Source: Lama glama (Eukaryota). From it: a stretch of 64,000 nt of DNA. Made by a program: the position numbers and the translations under genes. A model generated the notes under the pieces. The model made no database searches. It was given only the letters and a program-made list of their open reading frames with translations, and was not told where the DNA came from. How positions within the stretch are numbered: the first letter of the stretch is position 1; each line of letters starts with the position of its first letter. This document shows positions 1-12,427 of the stretch, in pieces. The stretch is from the NCBI GenBank assembly GCA_028534125.1, contig CM052832.1, positions 12,030,001 through 12,094,000 on the forward strand, read 5' to 3'.

Positions 1-46
1 GTATTGAAATCATTAATTTTCTGTGATCAAAAGATACACTTCCTTG

Positions 47-178
47 GATAGGATATAGCTCAAGTGTTAGAGTGCATGCTTAGCATGCATGAGGTCCTGG
101 GTTCAATCCCCAGTACCTCCATCAAAAAGCTAACTAACTAAATAAATAAACCTAATTACCTCCTCTCTGGAAAAAAAA
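47..178 (+). mobile_element. tRNA-derived SINE, camelid Vic-1 type
   Basis: A-box-like TAGCTCAAGTG and B-box GGTTCAATCC. Body 'gcatgcttagcatgcatgaggtcctgggttcaatccccagtacctcc', then 'aataaacctaattacctcc' and an A tail. Perfect 18-bp TSD aaaagatacacttccttg at 29-46 and 179-196. Confidence 0.93.
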
Positions 179-1499
179 AAAAGATACACTTCCTTGATGG
201 GACTAATGGGCTTTTCTTGAGGGATTATTTGGTATGAGGGGGGGGAGGGTAAGCCTCTTAAGCAGAAGAATTGACGCTAAAGAGACTAAACCAGTAAAGA
301 GTATATTTTGTTGAATGTCTTCCATATGCCTAGTATTAGAAATAGTCTAGAAATCCACTGAACTTAGAACTTTCTCTTCCCTGTAGCTTAGTAGTCAGTC
401 TTAAGTCTTTTAAGTTGTGTCATTTAGCTGGATTACTAATGGGAAGTCTTGCTATTATCTCCGTTTTTTTTCAACTGTTGAAGGATTATTATCTGCTAGT
501 ACATATACCATGCAGTATTTGCATTGTCTAGAACCTTTTTAAAAGTTTTTTTGCCCTTGATCTTCTAGAGAGGGCTTGTGTCCCATCCGTTACTTAATAT
601 TAGGAACTGAAGTATAAAGTCTATCCAGTTTTTTTCTTTTCCAACACTCAAAATTCTCAACCTTAAATATGCTAAAATTCAGTTAAAGCTTCCAGAGGTG
701 ACAGCTTTTTTCTTGGATCTGTTTCAGTGACCAGCCTGCCCCCTCCAGGTGTATTTGATATTGGATGAAAATTATAGTCCCCTCATCACTGTCTTGGAGT
801 TAACTAGACTTTCAGATTGAGAGACCATGATATGGTGATCCTGTTTGTCTTTTAACCCTTCATTTTCATCCCACTTAGTAGATGGTGGCTTTTTCTACTA
901 TATCAATAGTATGCTAATCTTAGTGGCTGGAATCTAGGACACTGGCTATATTTATCAGTGAGTGAGGTTGGTGGATAGTAAATAATCATGCAGCCATTCT
1001 TTCATTTCATGCAGTCTTCTTTCATTTCCTTTATCTTTGGACTCGGGCTGGCCTTGCCATCTTGTGCTCCCTCTTGAGGGTTTCCTGCCTCCATGGGTAG
1101 TTCTGCTATCATGTTCTCTTTCTGGGCCTCTTTCTGGGCCTCCTTCCGTATTATAAGTTACATCACATCACTTCATGTAACCCAGGCACTCACCTCATGA
1201 TCATCACATTGTCATTCTCTCTTGTTCTCCCTGTACGTGAGCCTGAGTGTGCTGGACACTGCTTTAGGTTTCTGTACTTGTGGTTGGTCTGAAGATGGGA
1301 AAAATCTCAAGATATAGAATTGAATTAAGGAAAGATAGAGGCCCTTCATTACTTCTTGATCCTAAGCCAAATACTCTAGTCCAGCAATAGTAGGTTTGTG
1401 GTGCTTGGATGCTAAGCTAATGATAGAATAATACTTTTGATTTTCATTCATTTTTTATTTCTTCTTTTTTTAAATGTAAATGTATTTGGAGAGAATGGT

Positions 1500-2230
1500 A
1501 AATGGCAGAGCAGGAGTTCATGTGTCTTCAGTCACACCACTATCAAAACTCCTAGTTTCTACATTTTGAGTGTCTTTAGAATCTGTTCTCCCTCTCCCTA
1601 CTCCCTGAATCCTGCCTTCAACATCTCTAGCTTAGACCTTGCTTATTCTCTTGGCCTTTTGCTAGTCCATTCTTTAAGCTGCTGTAAGTCATCTTTCTAA
1701 AATGCAAACTCATTATGTTATTCCTCAGCATAAAACCTTTTAGTGGTTTCTCTGTCTACCACAAAATGAAACCCAAGATCCTTTGCACAAAGTCAGTATA
1801 GTACAATGGTTAGAGTCAGTCTGCCTGTCTTTAAATTTGTCTTCCATTTATTAGCTGAGTGACTTTGGCTAAATCATTTAACCTCTCTGTTCTCAGATTA
1901 CACACCTGTAATATGGCGATAACAATAGTGGCATCTTTGTAGAAGAAGGATTGCTATGATGAATTAAATTGCTTAGAAACAGTATAAATGAATGCCTGGC
2001 ATATAATAAATGTTTAGTAAGTGTTAGACTTCTCCCTATTTTTCTAGTCTCACTTCCTGTTGAAACCACAGGCCAACCAAAACCAAACTACTTAGATTCC
2101 AAATGTGTACTATATTACTTCATTATTCTGTTTTTTTAAACATAATATATCCTTTCGCTGGAATGAACTTCATCCCACGTGACGGATGCCTAAGCATTGC
2201 CTTCCCTATGAAGATTTCCCAGACTACTTT
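1500..2230 (+). mobile_element. L2 fragment, interrupted by a MIR
   Basis: L2-like motifs 'atctttctaaaatgcaaactc...aaaaccttttagtggtttc...aaacccaagatcctt'; pyrimidine-rich; boundaries approximate. Confidence 0.55.
1793..2027 (+). mobile_element. MIR SINE
   Basis: Core 'tagctgagtgactttggctaaatcatttaacctctctgttctcag...cacctgtaatatggcgataacaatagt' and tail 'gcctggcatataataaatg'. Confidence 0.85.
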
Positions 2231-2234
2231 GAAC

Positions 2235-3500
2235 AGCCTGAGTATTGTAGGCATTAAGGATTCAGCAAAGTACAGATTGTGCAAAAATGCCTGTCTTAAT
2301 AGAGATTATGTTCTAACGGGAAGAGGCAGACAATAAACAAATAAATGAGTAAAACAGGGAAGAGGGACTAAGGTATTTATGGGATGGGATTTGTAACTTC
2401 AAACAGGCAAAGCCTCTTTATAAAGGTGACATCTGAGGAATGACCTAAAGAAAATTAGGGAACAAGCCATTGTGGTCAAAGAGTGTTCCAGGCTGCCAGA
2501 ATCGCAGCTGGCCCTGATGCGGGAACATGCCTGGTGTCTCCACAAATGGGAAAGAGGCCGCTCGAGCTAGAGCAGAAGGGAAAGTAGTATGAGACAGTGT
2601 CTGAGAGGAAACGGGCCCAGACTGTGTGGGGCTTGGTTGATGAGATGGTGTGCCAGTGGTGGGTACTGAGCAGAGGAATCATGTGATCTGATTCATCTAA
2701 CTGCAGGTGGGGGATAGGCTGCAGAGGGGCAAGGATAGCAAGAATAATTAAGGCAAAAGATGGTGGCAGTGGCTTGGATGAGGGTAGAAGCAGTGAAGGT
2801 AGGGAAAAATGCTTGGGGGTCTGATATATTTTGAAGGTAAAGCTTGTGGCATTGGCTGATAGATTTGATGTGGGCTAAGAAAGAAAGGATCAAGAATGAC
2901 CCCAAGGTCTTTTACCTGAACAACTGAAAGGATGGAATTGCAGTAAGTGAGATAAAGGACTATGAAGAGTATGTTTCAGAGTAGCTCAGTTTGAACATTT
3001 ACGATATGAGATGCCTTTTAGATGTCCAGGTGAAAATGTTGAATAGGCAGTTGAATATGTACCTAAAGTCTAAGGGAGAAGTCTGGGTCGGATATATAAA
3101 TTTAGGAGTTACCAGTATACAATGCTTCTTAAAGCTGAAACCGGATGAGAGCACCAGTGTTAAGAGGTTGAGGTTAGAAGAAGGATCCAGCACCCAGCAC
3201 CCAAGACCAAGAAAGAAATGCTGGTGAGGTGGGAGCAGAGTCAGGGAAAGATAGTGTTTTGCAAGCCAAGAAACGGAGTGACCTACTGTGTTGTGCTGCT
3301 GAGAGATCACGTTAGATGAGACCTGATGATGGACGACTGGATTTGGCAACATGGAGTTTGTAAACGCCCTTGTGAAGTTTTAGATGTGTGGTGGGAAGAA
3401 AGCCTGATTGGAGTAAGTTCAAAAGAGAAGAGAAAAATTGGGAACAGGATGTATAAACAACATTTTTGAGAAGTTTAACTGTGAAAGAAATAGGGCTGTG
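2235..3500 (-). mobile_element. L2 LINE fragment
   Basis: Antisense L2 motifs 'aaggtgacatctgag', 'atgtgatctgattc', 'tctgatatattttgaaggta', 'atcaagaatgaccccaaggt', 'ggatttggcaacatggag'. Confidence 0.85.
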
Positions 3501-5254
3501 TTTCCGTACTTTCTGAAGGCTTAGCTCCATAGTCACTTCTGATATCAGCTATCTGGAAAAAGTTACTTTTGCCGAAACCTACTTATTACCCTAAGATTTC
3601 CCCCCCCCTCTCCTGACAGCTGTCATTTTGGGTTTCTTTCATCCTTTACTTTGACAGTGCCTAAGTTAGGACCTATTAAAATCTTGCTTTCTTTCTGATG
3701 CTCAAATAGGATGCAGAAATACTGAGCCAGCCTCTGTTTGGGGCCAAAGATACTATCCTCCACAGCAGGTTAATAGGAGGGTCAGTTTGGAGACACGACA
3801 TTTCCTAGGACTTGAGGCAGTGCCATGTGCACAAAGAAGATTAGCTCACATTTTCAAGTGCTTCTCTGTGCCATCACAGTCTGGGTGTTTTACATCATTA
3901 TCCATTTAACCATAATAGCTACTTGAGGTGATAGAGCTTCATAAAATCTTACAGGTAAATAACTGGGATTTGTGACAACCCTCTTAGCATTGTGTTTTAT
4001 CTTACCAACTTTGATAGCTCATTGGAATACCCAGGGATGTTTTATGAATGACTGTGAAGTGCCAGGCACATTTATGGCACGAAGCATTAAAAGGAGTCAC
4101 TTTGTGGGTTACTTCTAGAAAATATTATGAACTTCTGATTAAAAAGATAACTTTCTCTTTTTTTAACTGAGAGGCTAGATTTTTGGAAAAACAGCCCAGT
4201 CCAATGAAAATCCTCCAAAAGATCTTAAATCCTTAGAATTTACAGGTCCCTTTTACCCATGGGTTCTGTTGTCCTTTTCTGCAGTTATTGATTTTTCCTG
4301 GTGCCATTTCTATAATGTCTGCCTGGCCATATCCATTCCTTATGGATTTATTGCTCATCTTTTTACCCTGATCTCTTTAGAGGAATACTATATCAAACTT
4401 TTATCCCTTTCAGCAGGTTACAACAATTTAAAGGTAGATTGTGCTCCTGGCCTAAACATGTTGGCAATGACCCTTAACAGTATTTGAATTATGGTGTAGT
4501 TTTCAGGTAGACATCTTAGTGTACCGTTTTCTTTTTATGTATGGACCTTGCTTCTTTATTCATTTACATATCTCTAGGGAAGGATAAACCCCAGAATGGG
4601 GCAAAAAAGAAATTTGGCTTTGAAACCGCACTATTCTTTTTATTAAAGTGTCATCTCAGAATGCATTATTTAAAATTTTTGAATTTTGTAGGCATATTTT
4701 CATTTTAAAAGAAAAAGGAAGATGACTTTAAAAAAAATATGTTGGAAAAACCTGAGAGGAATCCTCTAAAAAAAGAACTATAGTCTGACAAGAGAAAAGG
4801 AAGAAATGATTACTGATGATTTCAATTTCCAGTGAATTACAAAGCATACGTAATAGGCTTCGAAGAGAGATGATTCCTAAGGCATACATACTTCATGCTG
4901 CCTTCACAGATAAGTGTGTAAATTAAAGGGAAATGAATTGTTTCAGCCTGGAAAATCTATACCATTTTTGTGGAGTGAAAATGAGTGAAATTGAAATAAT
5001 TCTGTAACTCCTTACTAAAAATAAAACACATAAATGTTTTCTTTATGTTTCTAGAGGCCACTATACTTGTGGATTTGTTGCAAAGAAACAATACTGAATC
5101 AGAGGTAACTAAATAATTATCAAAAATAGGAATATAACAGTATTTTATATAATTTATACTGCAAAATTTGAAAATTTGAAATACTACTTTGTGGCTAAGA
5201 AGAATTTTTCTAAACTCCTTAGAACTTAGCACATTTTTCACAATGGAAAAAAAT

Positions 5255-5729
5255 TTCATTCATGTATTCATTTAACAAATACTTATTGAAAGCTTATGGT
5301 GTGTGCCACATAATAGTAATAAAACAGAAAAAGTCCCTGATATTAAGGAGCTCATATTCTGAAGGTGACTGACAATAAACAATCACATAGATAATTGTAT
5401 CATTTTACTTGTCACAACATAAGGGCAGTGAAGGAAAAGAGGTCCTCCTTGAGGAAATGATGTTTAAGTTTAGACCTGAGAAATGATGACAAAGAGGTAA
5501 CCAGGAATAGGGAGAGGGAAAAGGCTTCAAAGAACTGAGAAAGGCAGAGTCAGGCAGTGCAGGTAGAGCAAGTGGACAAGGGGAAGGAGCACAGGGGTGA
5601 AGCTGGGGTAGGGAGCTCGGGATAGGTTACACAGGGCCTTGTAGTCATGTGGATTTTGAACTTCATTTGAGAACAAGGAGATGCTCTGAAAGAATTTTTA
5701 CCGGGTTTGCATTTTCAGAAGATCACCCT
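5255..5729 (-). mobile_element. L2 3' end
   Basis: 'cattcatgtattcatttaacaaatacttattga' is the antisense L2 tail, followed by an L2 body ending 'ttttcagaagatcaccctgg'. Confidence 0.8.
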
Positions 5730-6620
5730 GGGCAAAGGACTTGAACAGACATGTTTCCAAAGAATGTGTACAAATGGCCAGTAAAAGATACTCAGCATCA
5801 TTAGGGAAATGTGAATCAAAACCACAATGAGATAACATTTCACGCCCAATAGGATGGCTGTTTTCAAAAGCAAACAAACAAAAAAAAAGGAAAATAGCAG
5901 TTATTGTCAAGGATGTATAGAAATTGGAACCCTTGTGCATTGCTGGTGGGAATGTAAAATGGTGCAACTGCCATGGAAATAGTTTGGCAGTTCCTTAAAA
6001 AGTTAAACACATAAAAATTTTTATTTAAAAACTTTGGTTTAAAAATATGTACAAAAAATTTAAACAAACAATAAAATGTTAAACTCTGTAATCCAGCAAT
6101 TCTACTCCTAAGCATATACTCAAAATAGCAGAGACTCAGACACCTGTGAACAATGCTGCTGTGAACGTTAGTGTACAGTAGGTAAGAGGTGAAAACAACT
6201 CAAGTATCTGTCAACAGATGAATGGATAAATGAAATATAGTCTGTTCATACAATGGAATACTGTTACACCTTAAAAAGTAATGAAGTTCAGATACATGTT
6301 ACTGTTTTTAAAGTTCATCCATGTTGTATGTTGAGTGAAATAAGTCAAACACAGAAGGAAAATATTGTATTATTCCACTTAGAGTGAAGTACTTGGAATA
6401 GGCAAATTCGTAGAGACAGAAAGTAGAGCTTAGGAGGGCCTCAAGGTGGTTGTGCATGGGGAAGTTATTGTTTAATGAGTATAGATTTTCTCTATGTGAT
6501 AATGGGAAAGTTTCTGGAAGTGGATAGCAGTGATGATTGTACAACCTAGTGAATATACTTAATGCCACTGAATTATATACTTAAAAATGGTCAAAATGGT
6601 AAAAACAAAACAAAACATAG
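5730..6620 (+). mobile_element. L1MB-type LINE-1 3' end (ORF2 end plus 3'UTR)
   Basis: 'ggcaaaggacttgaacagacat', 'aaattggaacccttgtgcattgctggtgggaatgtaaaatggtgcaactgc', 'atacttaatgccactgaattatatacttaaaaatgg', A-rich tail. Carries two micro-inversions (see findings). Confidence 0.92.
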
Positions 6621-6642
6621 TGTATTTTTTAAAAGATTACTA

Positions 6643-6970
6643 TGTATCTCAGTTACGAATGCATTTTAGTGGGAATCACAGGAAACCTTACTAACCATAG
6701 CTTACATAATCGGGATGCTTACTCTTCTTGTATAGTACATCTGGAGGTTGGCAGTCTGGTATACAATTCAGTAATGCCTCTGGAGCCAAGCTATTTCTTC
6801 CTTTCCATACTGATAGCCTTCATATGTTGGCATTGTCCTCGTGCTTGTCTCCAAATGACGTCTCCAAATCTCAGACACCAGATGTCTGTTCAACCTCCAG
6901 GCCCTTGTCAGTATTGCAGGCAGGAAGGAGCAGCACCTGTATCACCTGTGTCAGGAAAGCTCTTCGGCTA
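6643..6970 (-). mobile_element. MaLR LTR (MLT1J/K/L-like)
   Basis: Begins 'tgtatctcagttacgaatgcatttt...ggaaaccttactaaccatagcttac', then 'tctggaggttggcagtctgg', typical of antisense old MLT1. Confidence 0.65.
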
Positions 6971-6999
6971 GAACTTTGTGTCACTTTGCATTTCTTTTT

Positions 7000-7940
7000 C
7001 TTATGTACCACGTCTAATCCATCAGTAAATCCTGTTGGTCCTGTCTTCAAAATATATCCCTGTGAATTGGAACCACTCTTCACTCAACCTGCTGTGTCTG
7101 CCCTGATCCAAACTACCACCATCTCCTAGATTATTATAGTGGCCTAATCCCTCATCTCCCTGCTTCCACTCTTGTGCTCCTATACTCTATTCTTAGCCCC
7201 TAGAGTGCTCTTTTTTTTTAATTATTAAGACATAAATCACATATCTCTAAATTCACCCTTTTAAAAAGTGTATAATTCAGTGATTTTTGGTCTATTCATA
7301 AGGTTGTACAACCATCACTATTATCTAATAAGCCCAGAGAAGTGTACCTTTTTAAACATAAGTCAAAATCTTCTCAGAACCTTCCAGTAAATCCTCATCT
7401 CATTCAGAGTAAAACCAAAGTTCCTGAGAGGTCTGCAAGGCTCTACGGGATCTGGCTCCCACCACATCCCAGACCCCACCTCCTACAACTCTCTCCCCTT
7501 GTCACTCTGCCTCTCCCACACTGGCCTTCTTGCTGGCCCACACCAGACGAGGTCCTGCTTCAGGACTTGCGCACTTGCTGTTCCCTGTACCTGGAATGCT
7601 CCCTTCTTCACCTCCTTCCAGGTTTTCCCCAAAATGTTAACCCTTTCAGTAGGCCCCTTTTTTGACCATTCTGTTTAAAATTGCAGCCCACCTCTTTGTC
7701 CTCACACAGACAGACTCACACACTCACTGACACACATTTACCACACTCCTTATACCCCTTTCCCACAATTTTAAATTCAGTCTTCGGCACCTTCTAATAT
7801 ACTGTATTATTTACTAACTTATTTTGTTTATTGTCTGACTCTTTCTACTAGGTTATCAGCTCCTTGAGGACAGGGTTGTTTTTACTGTTTGATCCCAGTA
7901 CCTTGAGCAGTTGTAGTATGTATTTATTGAATGACTGAAC
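7000..7940 (+). mobile_element. L2a 3' region
   Basis: 'tctaatccatcagtaaatcctgttgg...cttcaaaatatatcc', 'gcacttgctgttccctgtacctggaatgctc', 'agctccttgaggacaggg', tail 'tatttattgaatgactgaa'. Confidence 0.88.
7210..7330 (-). mobile_element. L1MB-type 3' tip inserted in L2
   Basis: Poly-T, then 'aaattcacccttttaaaaagtgtataattcagtgatttttgg...ttgtacaaccatcacta'. L2 resumes afterwards. Confidence 0.8.
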
Positions 7941-8074
7941 TGTGTTATGTGGCACTCCAAACTGCAAAATAGGCTAGTCTCTAGATTATGAGAAATGAGA
8001 AAGGGGTTGGGAATGGGCGTTGACTGAGCCCATTTAAAGTTGAAAGAGCTATTATGGTAGTATATTATTCACCT

Positions 8075-9470
8075 GACAGATATTTATTACTAATGCTAAG
8101 TAAGTGGAGTTACAATGGCAAATAAGACATTTGTCGTTCCTACTGTGATGGAGTTTACATTCTAGAAGCGTGGTGTATGTAATAGGTAAATAAATAAGCT
8201 AGATAATGTTAAAAAGCAATGGTTGCTGTGAAGAATATAAGACAAGGTGACGGAAAATGGAGGTGAGTTATGAGGAGACACTGCTTTATATTCTATAGTT
8301 AGAGAAGACCTTTTTAGAAGGGGACATTTGAGCTGAAACCTGAAGGACAAGGAGGAGCCAGCCAGGTGGATGTCTGCAAGAAGAGCCGTCCAAGCTTGGG
8401 AATAAGACAGTGAAAGAAGGACAGTACAGGTGAAGCATGGTGAGTGAGAGGAGTGGCGGGAGATGAAATTGGGCAGGCTAGATCACACAGGTGATGCAAG
8501 GTGAGGGGAAGCATTTAGATTTCTATTTTAAGTCAGTTGGAAGTCATTAGAAAGTTTAACCAGGGAAATAGTATGATCTGATTCATATTTTAAATGGGAA
8601 GTTGTAGTGGAATGGGTTCACATACTCATTTGCTTTCAGTGGTCAGGTAGTATAAAAATATGCAGCAGACCCATGTAAACAAGATAATACTGAAACTACA
8701 CTGATAAAATGGCAACTTTCCTTTGACCTAAGTGTTGGGAGACAGTGAAGAGGTGGCTGGCAGAGAAACCAGAGGGCAGAGGTGTAGCCTCTCCTGAAGC
8801 CCACCTAGTGTAGACTAAGTGGAATTATATACCCAGTGTTGCCAGATCTTTTACTTTTCCAGGAGAGGCCAGGAATCTAAATTGTTTTGTTAAAGTTTTC
8901 AATTTATAAATGTCACCATGAATCCAAATAGTTTATGAAAATACTGTGGGCTAAATGAAACAGCCGTACAGGTAGGATAGGGTCCCATAGATAACACTTG
9001 GCAACCTCTAGATAAGGATGGTGACAGTGGAGATGCGGAGAAGCAGAAGGGACTGAGACATTCTTGGAAGGTAGTATTGACAACAGACACGATGACAGAG
9101 TGGTTGTGCAAGATGCAGGCGGGAGGGCAGAAGAGGGAGGCCTCATTCTTGGCCCTGAATTTCCAGCATGAACAGCTGGGTGAATGGCGGTCAGTTTTCT
9201 GAGGTGGGGAAATCTGGGGAAAGGCAGCTTGTGCGTGCAGTAAGGCTAAGCATTTAGTATTGAGTCTTTTCAGGTTTGAATTGCCTGTGAATTATCCAAA
9301 TGGAGGTTTCCAGAGAGAGTTGAATATATGGAACTGGCGCATGGAAAACAGATCCTGATTGAAGATAAATTGGGAGCTACTGACTTACAGTTGAGCTGAA
9401 GCTATGGGAGTAGATGAGCTCAACTCAGGTGAAGGGTTGAGAGAGAGTAGAGAAGAGGGTGTATGTCCAG
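8075..9470 (-). mobile_element. L2 fragment, split by MER102
   Basis: 'gacatttgagctgaaacctgaagg', 'atgatctgattcatattttaaa', and after 9010 'gaagctatgggagtagatgag'. Confidence 0.78.
8620..9010. mobile_element. hAT DNA transposon (MER102-like)
   Basis: 'cagtgttgccagatcttttacttttccaggagaggccaggaatct...tgtgggctaaatgaaac...ttggcaacctct' resembles MER102. Confidence 0.7.
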
Positions 9471-12427
9471 CATTTGAGTCATAACTGTTCCCTTGATAAC
9501 CGTCTCTGCTCTCCCTCACTGTGCACTCTCTCTCTCTCTCTCTATAAACTTATAGGTTAAACAAATAGTTGAATTTATATTTCCTACTTGAGGCAATAAA
9601 TACTAGAAACAGAGGAAGAAAACCAGGCTTTGACTAATTCCAAATAGAGGTTTCAGGGTGGGGGTCAATCCCAGAATGAAAATTTTATAGTTGGCCTTTA
9701 TGTCCGTGTACCACTTAATTCTCTGCTGTTTGAATTCTGCCCTCCTTCCTTTGCTTCCTCCCACCTTCCTCAAATATTTGAGCACCTACGGTATGCAAGG
9801 CATTGTATAAGCATAGGTAGTACAATACTAAAAACAAGGAAACAAAAAACCCGTGAAGCTTTTTATCTATTTTCAGTAATACTATATGTTCAAACATTCT
9901 ATTATTCTGACATCCATTTTGTGATTTTTTTCATGCTTTTTATATGGGAGGAGGGAAGTGGGGAGGTCTGAAAATAAAAATAAAATTAAATATGAATAAT
10001 ACACATTTCACTTTGGGAGTCTTTCACCTGAGACTACCAGAAGCATTGTCATTAAGTTCCTATTTACTATTTCACCTTTGTCCAACATTAAGACAGCTAT
10101 TGTGATTTCTTGACTTACCGTCTTTCTGATCAAGCTGTGAATGTATGTGAAGGGAAGAGAAGACCTGCTCAATTCAGACCAAGTGAGGGTGATGCTGTGT
10201 GCAGAGTGTCACCATTCTAGCATTTAGCATCATAGAACACAGCAGGAGATACATCACAGCTCTGCTTTGCTTTGGAGTTAAATTCAGAGTAGTGATTTTA
10301 TTTTTTAAAAATTTATAGTTAAACCTTTAGGTATCTTAACACTTGCTTCCAGTGAGGCACCACCAAAGCTCTCTTGCTAGTTGGCCCAAGCCTTTAGTGT
10401 CCAGAGATAGCAGTGTTTTCTTGAGATAGCCTTTTTATTTTATAAATCTTTATAAAGTTGGCCCTTTGGGTTGACCTTCAGGTATAAGACATACTGCTTT
10501 TGTTTAGTGCTTTAAAAAAGAACAAAAGCAAATCTGAACAGAGCCTGGCTTTTCTTTTAGTTAGAATTTTGTATCTGCTTTTATACCCTATGAATGCCTG
10601 GAGGCATCTTAAGATAGACATGATTTTATAAATCTTAAATAAAAAATAAATGCTTTTATAGGTTTGGGATTTGCAAGTGTGTAACATGCTGTAAGTCAGT
10701 GAATCTGTTGTAATACAATAAGCTTTATTGTAATACAAACCAATTTATCAAAAATATGGCTCCTGGATTACTAGCCTAATCCATTAAATGGGCCCCACTG
10801 TGGAGCATTTCATAGTAATTTATTATACCTCCACTGTGTGTATTATTACTTAGCATTTACTAAATGCCAGAAATTTCTTAGGCACTGAACAAAATCAGAA
10901 AATTGAATTTGACCCAAGCCAGAAGGTTTTTTGACACACTGGCACAGGGGAGGTAGTGAAAGAAAATCCTGGTTCTCTGTGTGCCTCCTCTCTTGGTGTC
11001 TGCGCCCCTGCTATACTGTTGACTTCTAAGGGATTTGAGACCCATTTTAAAATTTGGAGCACATGTAGCAATGTACGTGGTCCATGTGTCCTATTCATTA
11101 TAGGTATTAATAAGGAACCCTGACTTTTCGGAGGAAAGCACCGATAGCTTCAACATCCCTGTCGTTTAGTCTATGAGAAACTTTTAAGACTGGCAGTCCA
11201 ACCGCCAAGAGGTTTCTAGAAATGTTTATTTCCCTGAGCTTGTGAACTCTAATACAGCACAAAATTTTTCTTTAGTTGCACCTCTGTAAGTGTAATTCCA
11301 TACAGAGTCTAAAACAGATTCGTGTTTCTAAATATCTTATTTTTAATACCTGCAGTCAAGTCTCATTTATCTCTTATAATTGGTCTGCTTTCCATTTTAT
11401 TTGTGGTGGATTTTTATACCCACACTGAATTGATCTAGCCACCAGTTGTGCTCCCGTCATTTGGCTTGTACCCAGGGAATGCAAGTCATTTTTTATATTA
11501 TCCTGAGAAAAATATAATCAAATAAATCTCTTTAAAAAATTAACAGATATTTCAAAGCCAACTAGAAGTGATTTGCAGATTGTTTTTGATCATCTGTGCT
11601 TCTGCCTTTAGTTAACATAAATAATCAAAAGTTGGCTGTGGCACAATATAATTCTTGAATGAAACAGTGGTCATCTGGTTATAAATACTTTCAAGACCAG
11701 CCATCTGTCCTAAAGGAATTCAGGCAGCAGAGTCGCAGATTCTTTACTTAACGTCTACCCATCTTGGAAATTAATGTTAGCCCTGAGTTCATTTGGTTAG
11801 AGGAATAAATACATTTAAATAAGGCTGATGCTGGTAATATTCAGTTGAATTAGGATACAAATATTAGTTAAAATAATGTTAGTTGTTGACATTGATAGTC
11901 AGTATTAGTTAAATATGGTACAAGTGATTAAAGAGTTGGTAAACAAAAGGCTGTAGATTCAGTGAATTTAGATTAAAAAACTGATGTAGATAATAATTTT
12001 AGATATCAGAATTTCTCCTACTTACATTTAAGAAATGTTAAAAGAATATTACGTAGATAACACCTGTCACTCCTAAAATGTACTTGGATTTCAGAGTTAA
12101 AATCACAGTGAATACTTTATCATTTCTCCCACTCCTCCCACTCCCATTTGCTTTTTTACTGTTAGCGTTGACAATACATGTGTTCCTCAGAAACCCCTTA
12201 ATTTCCCCAAAGTGAGCTGTAATTTTCTCATCTTTTGGGTTTAATACTATGGACTCAGCCATTGCTTTTTTATCTTAAGAAACTAATGAATTCCTAGGCA
12301 TCAAGTATGTAAAAATAGATTCATACTGGGTGACTTTTCCTGCCAAATTGGTTCCTCAGTGTTACGAATTTACAAAGAGTGGTTATAGGATCACATATGC
12401 AGTTCTGATATTTAATTTTATCCATAT

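Noticed and set aside
47..121. tRNA(Ala)-like gene
   Set aside because: It is the head of a SINE: it is followed by the SINE body, an A tail and a TSD, and the cloverleaf is degenerate.
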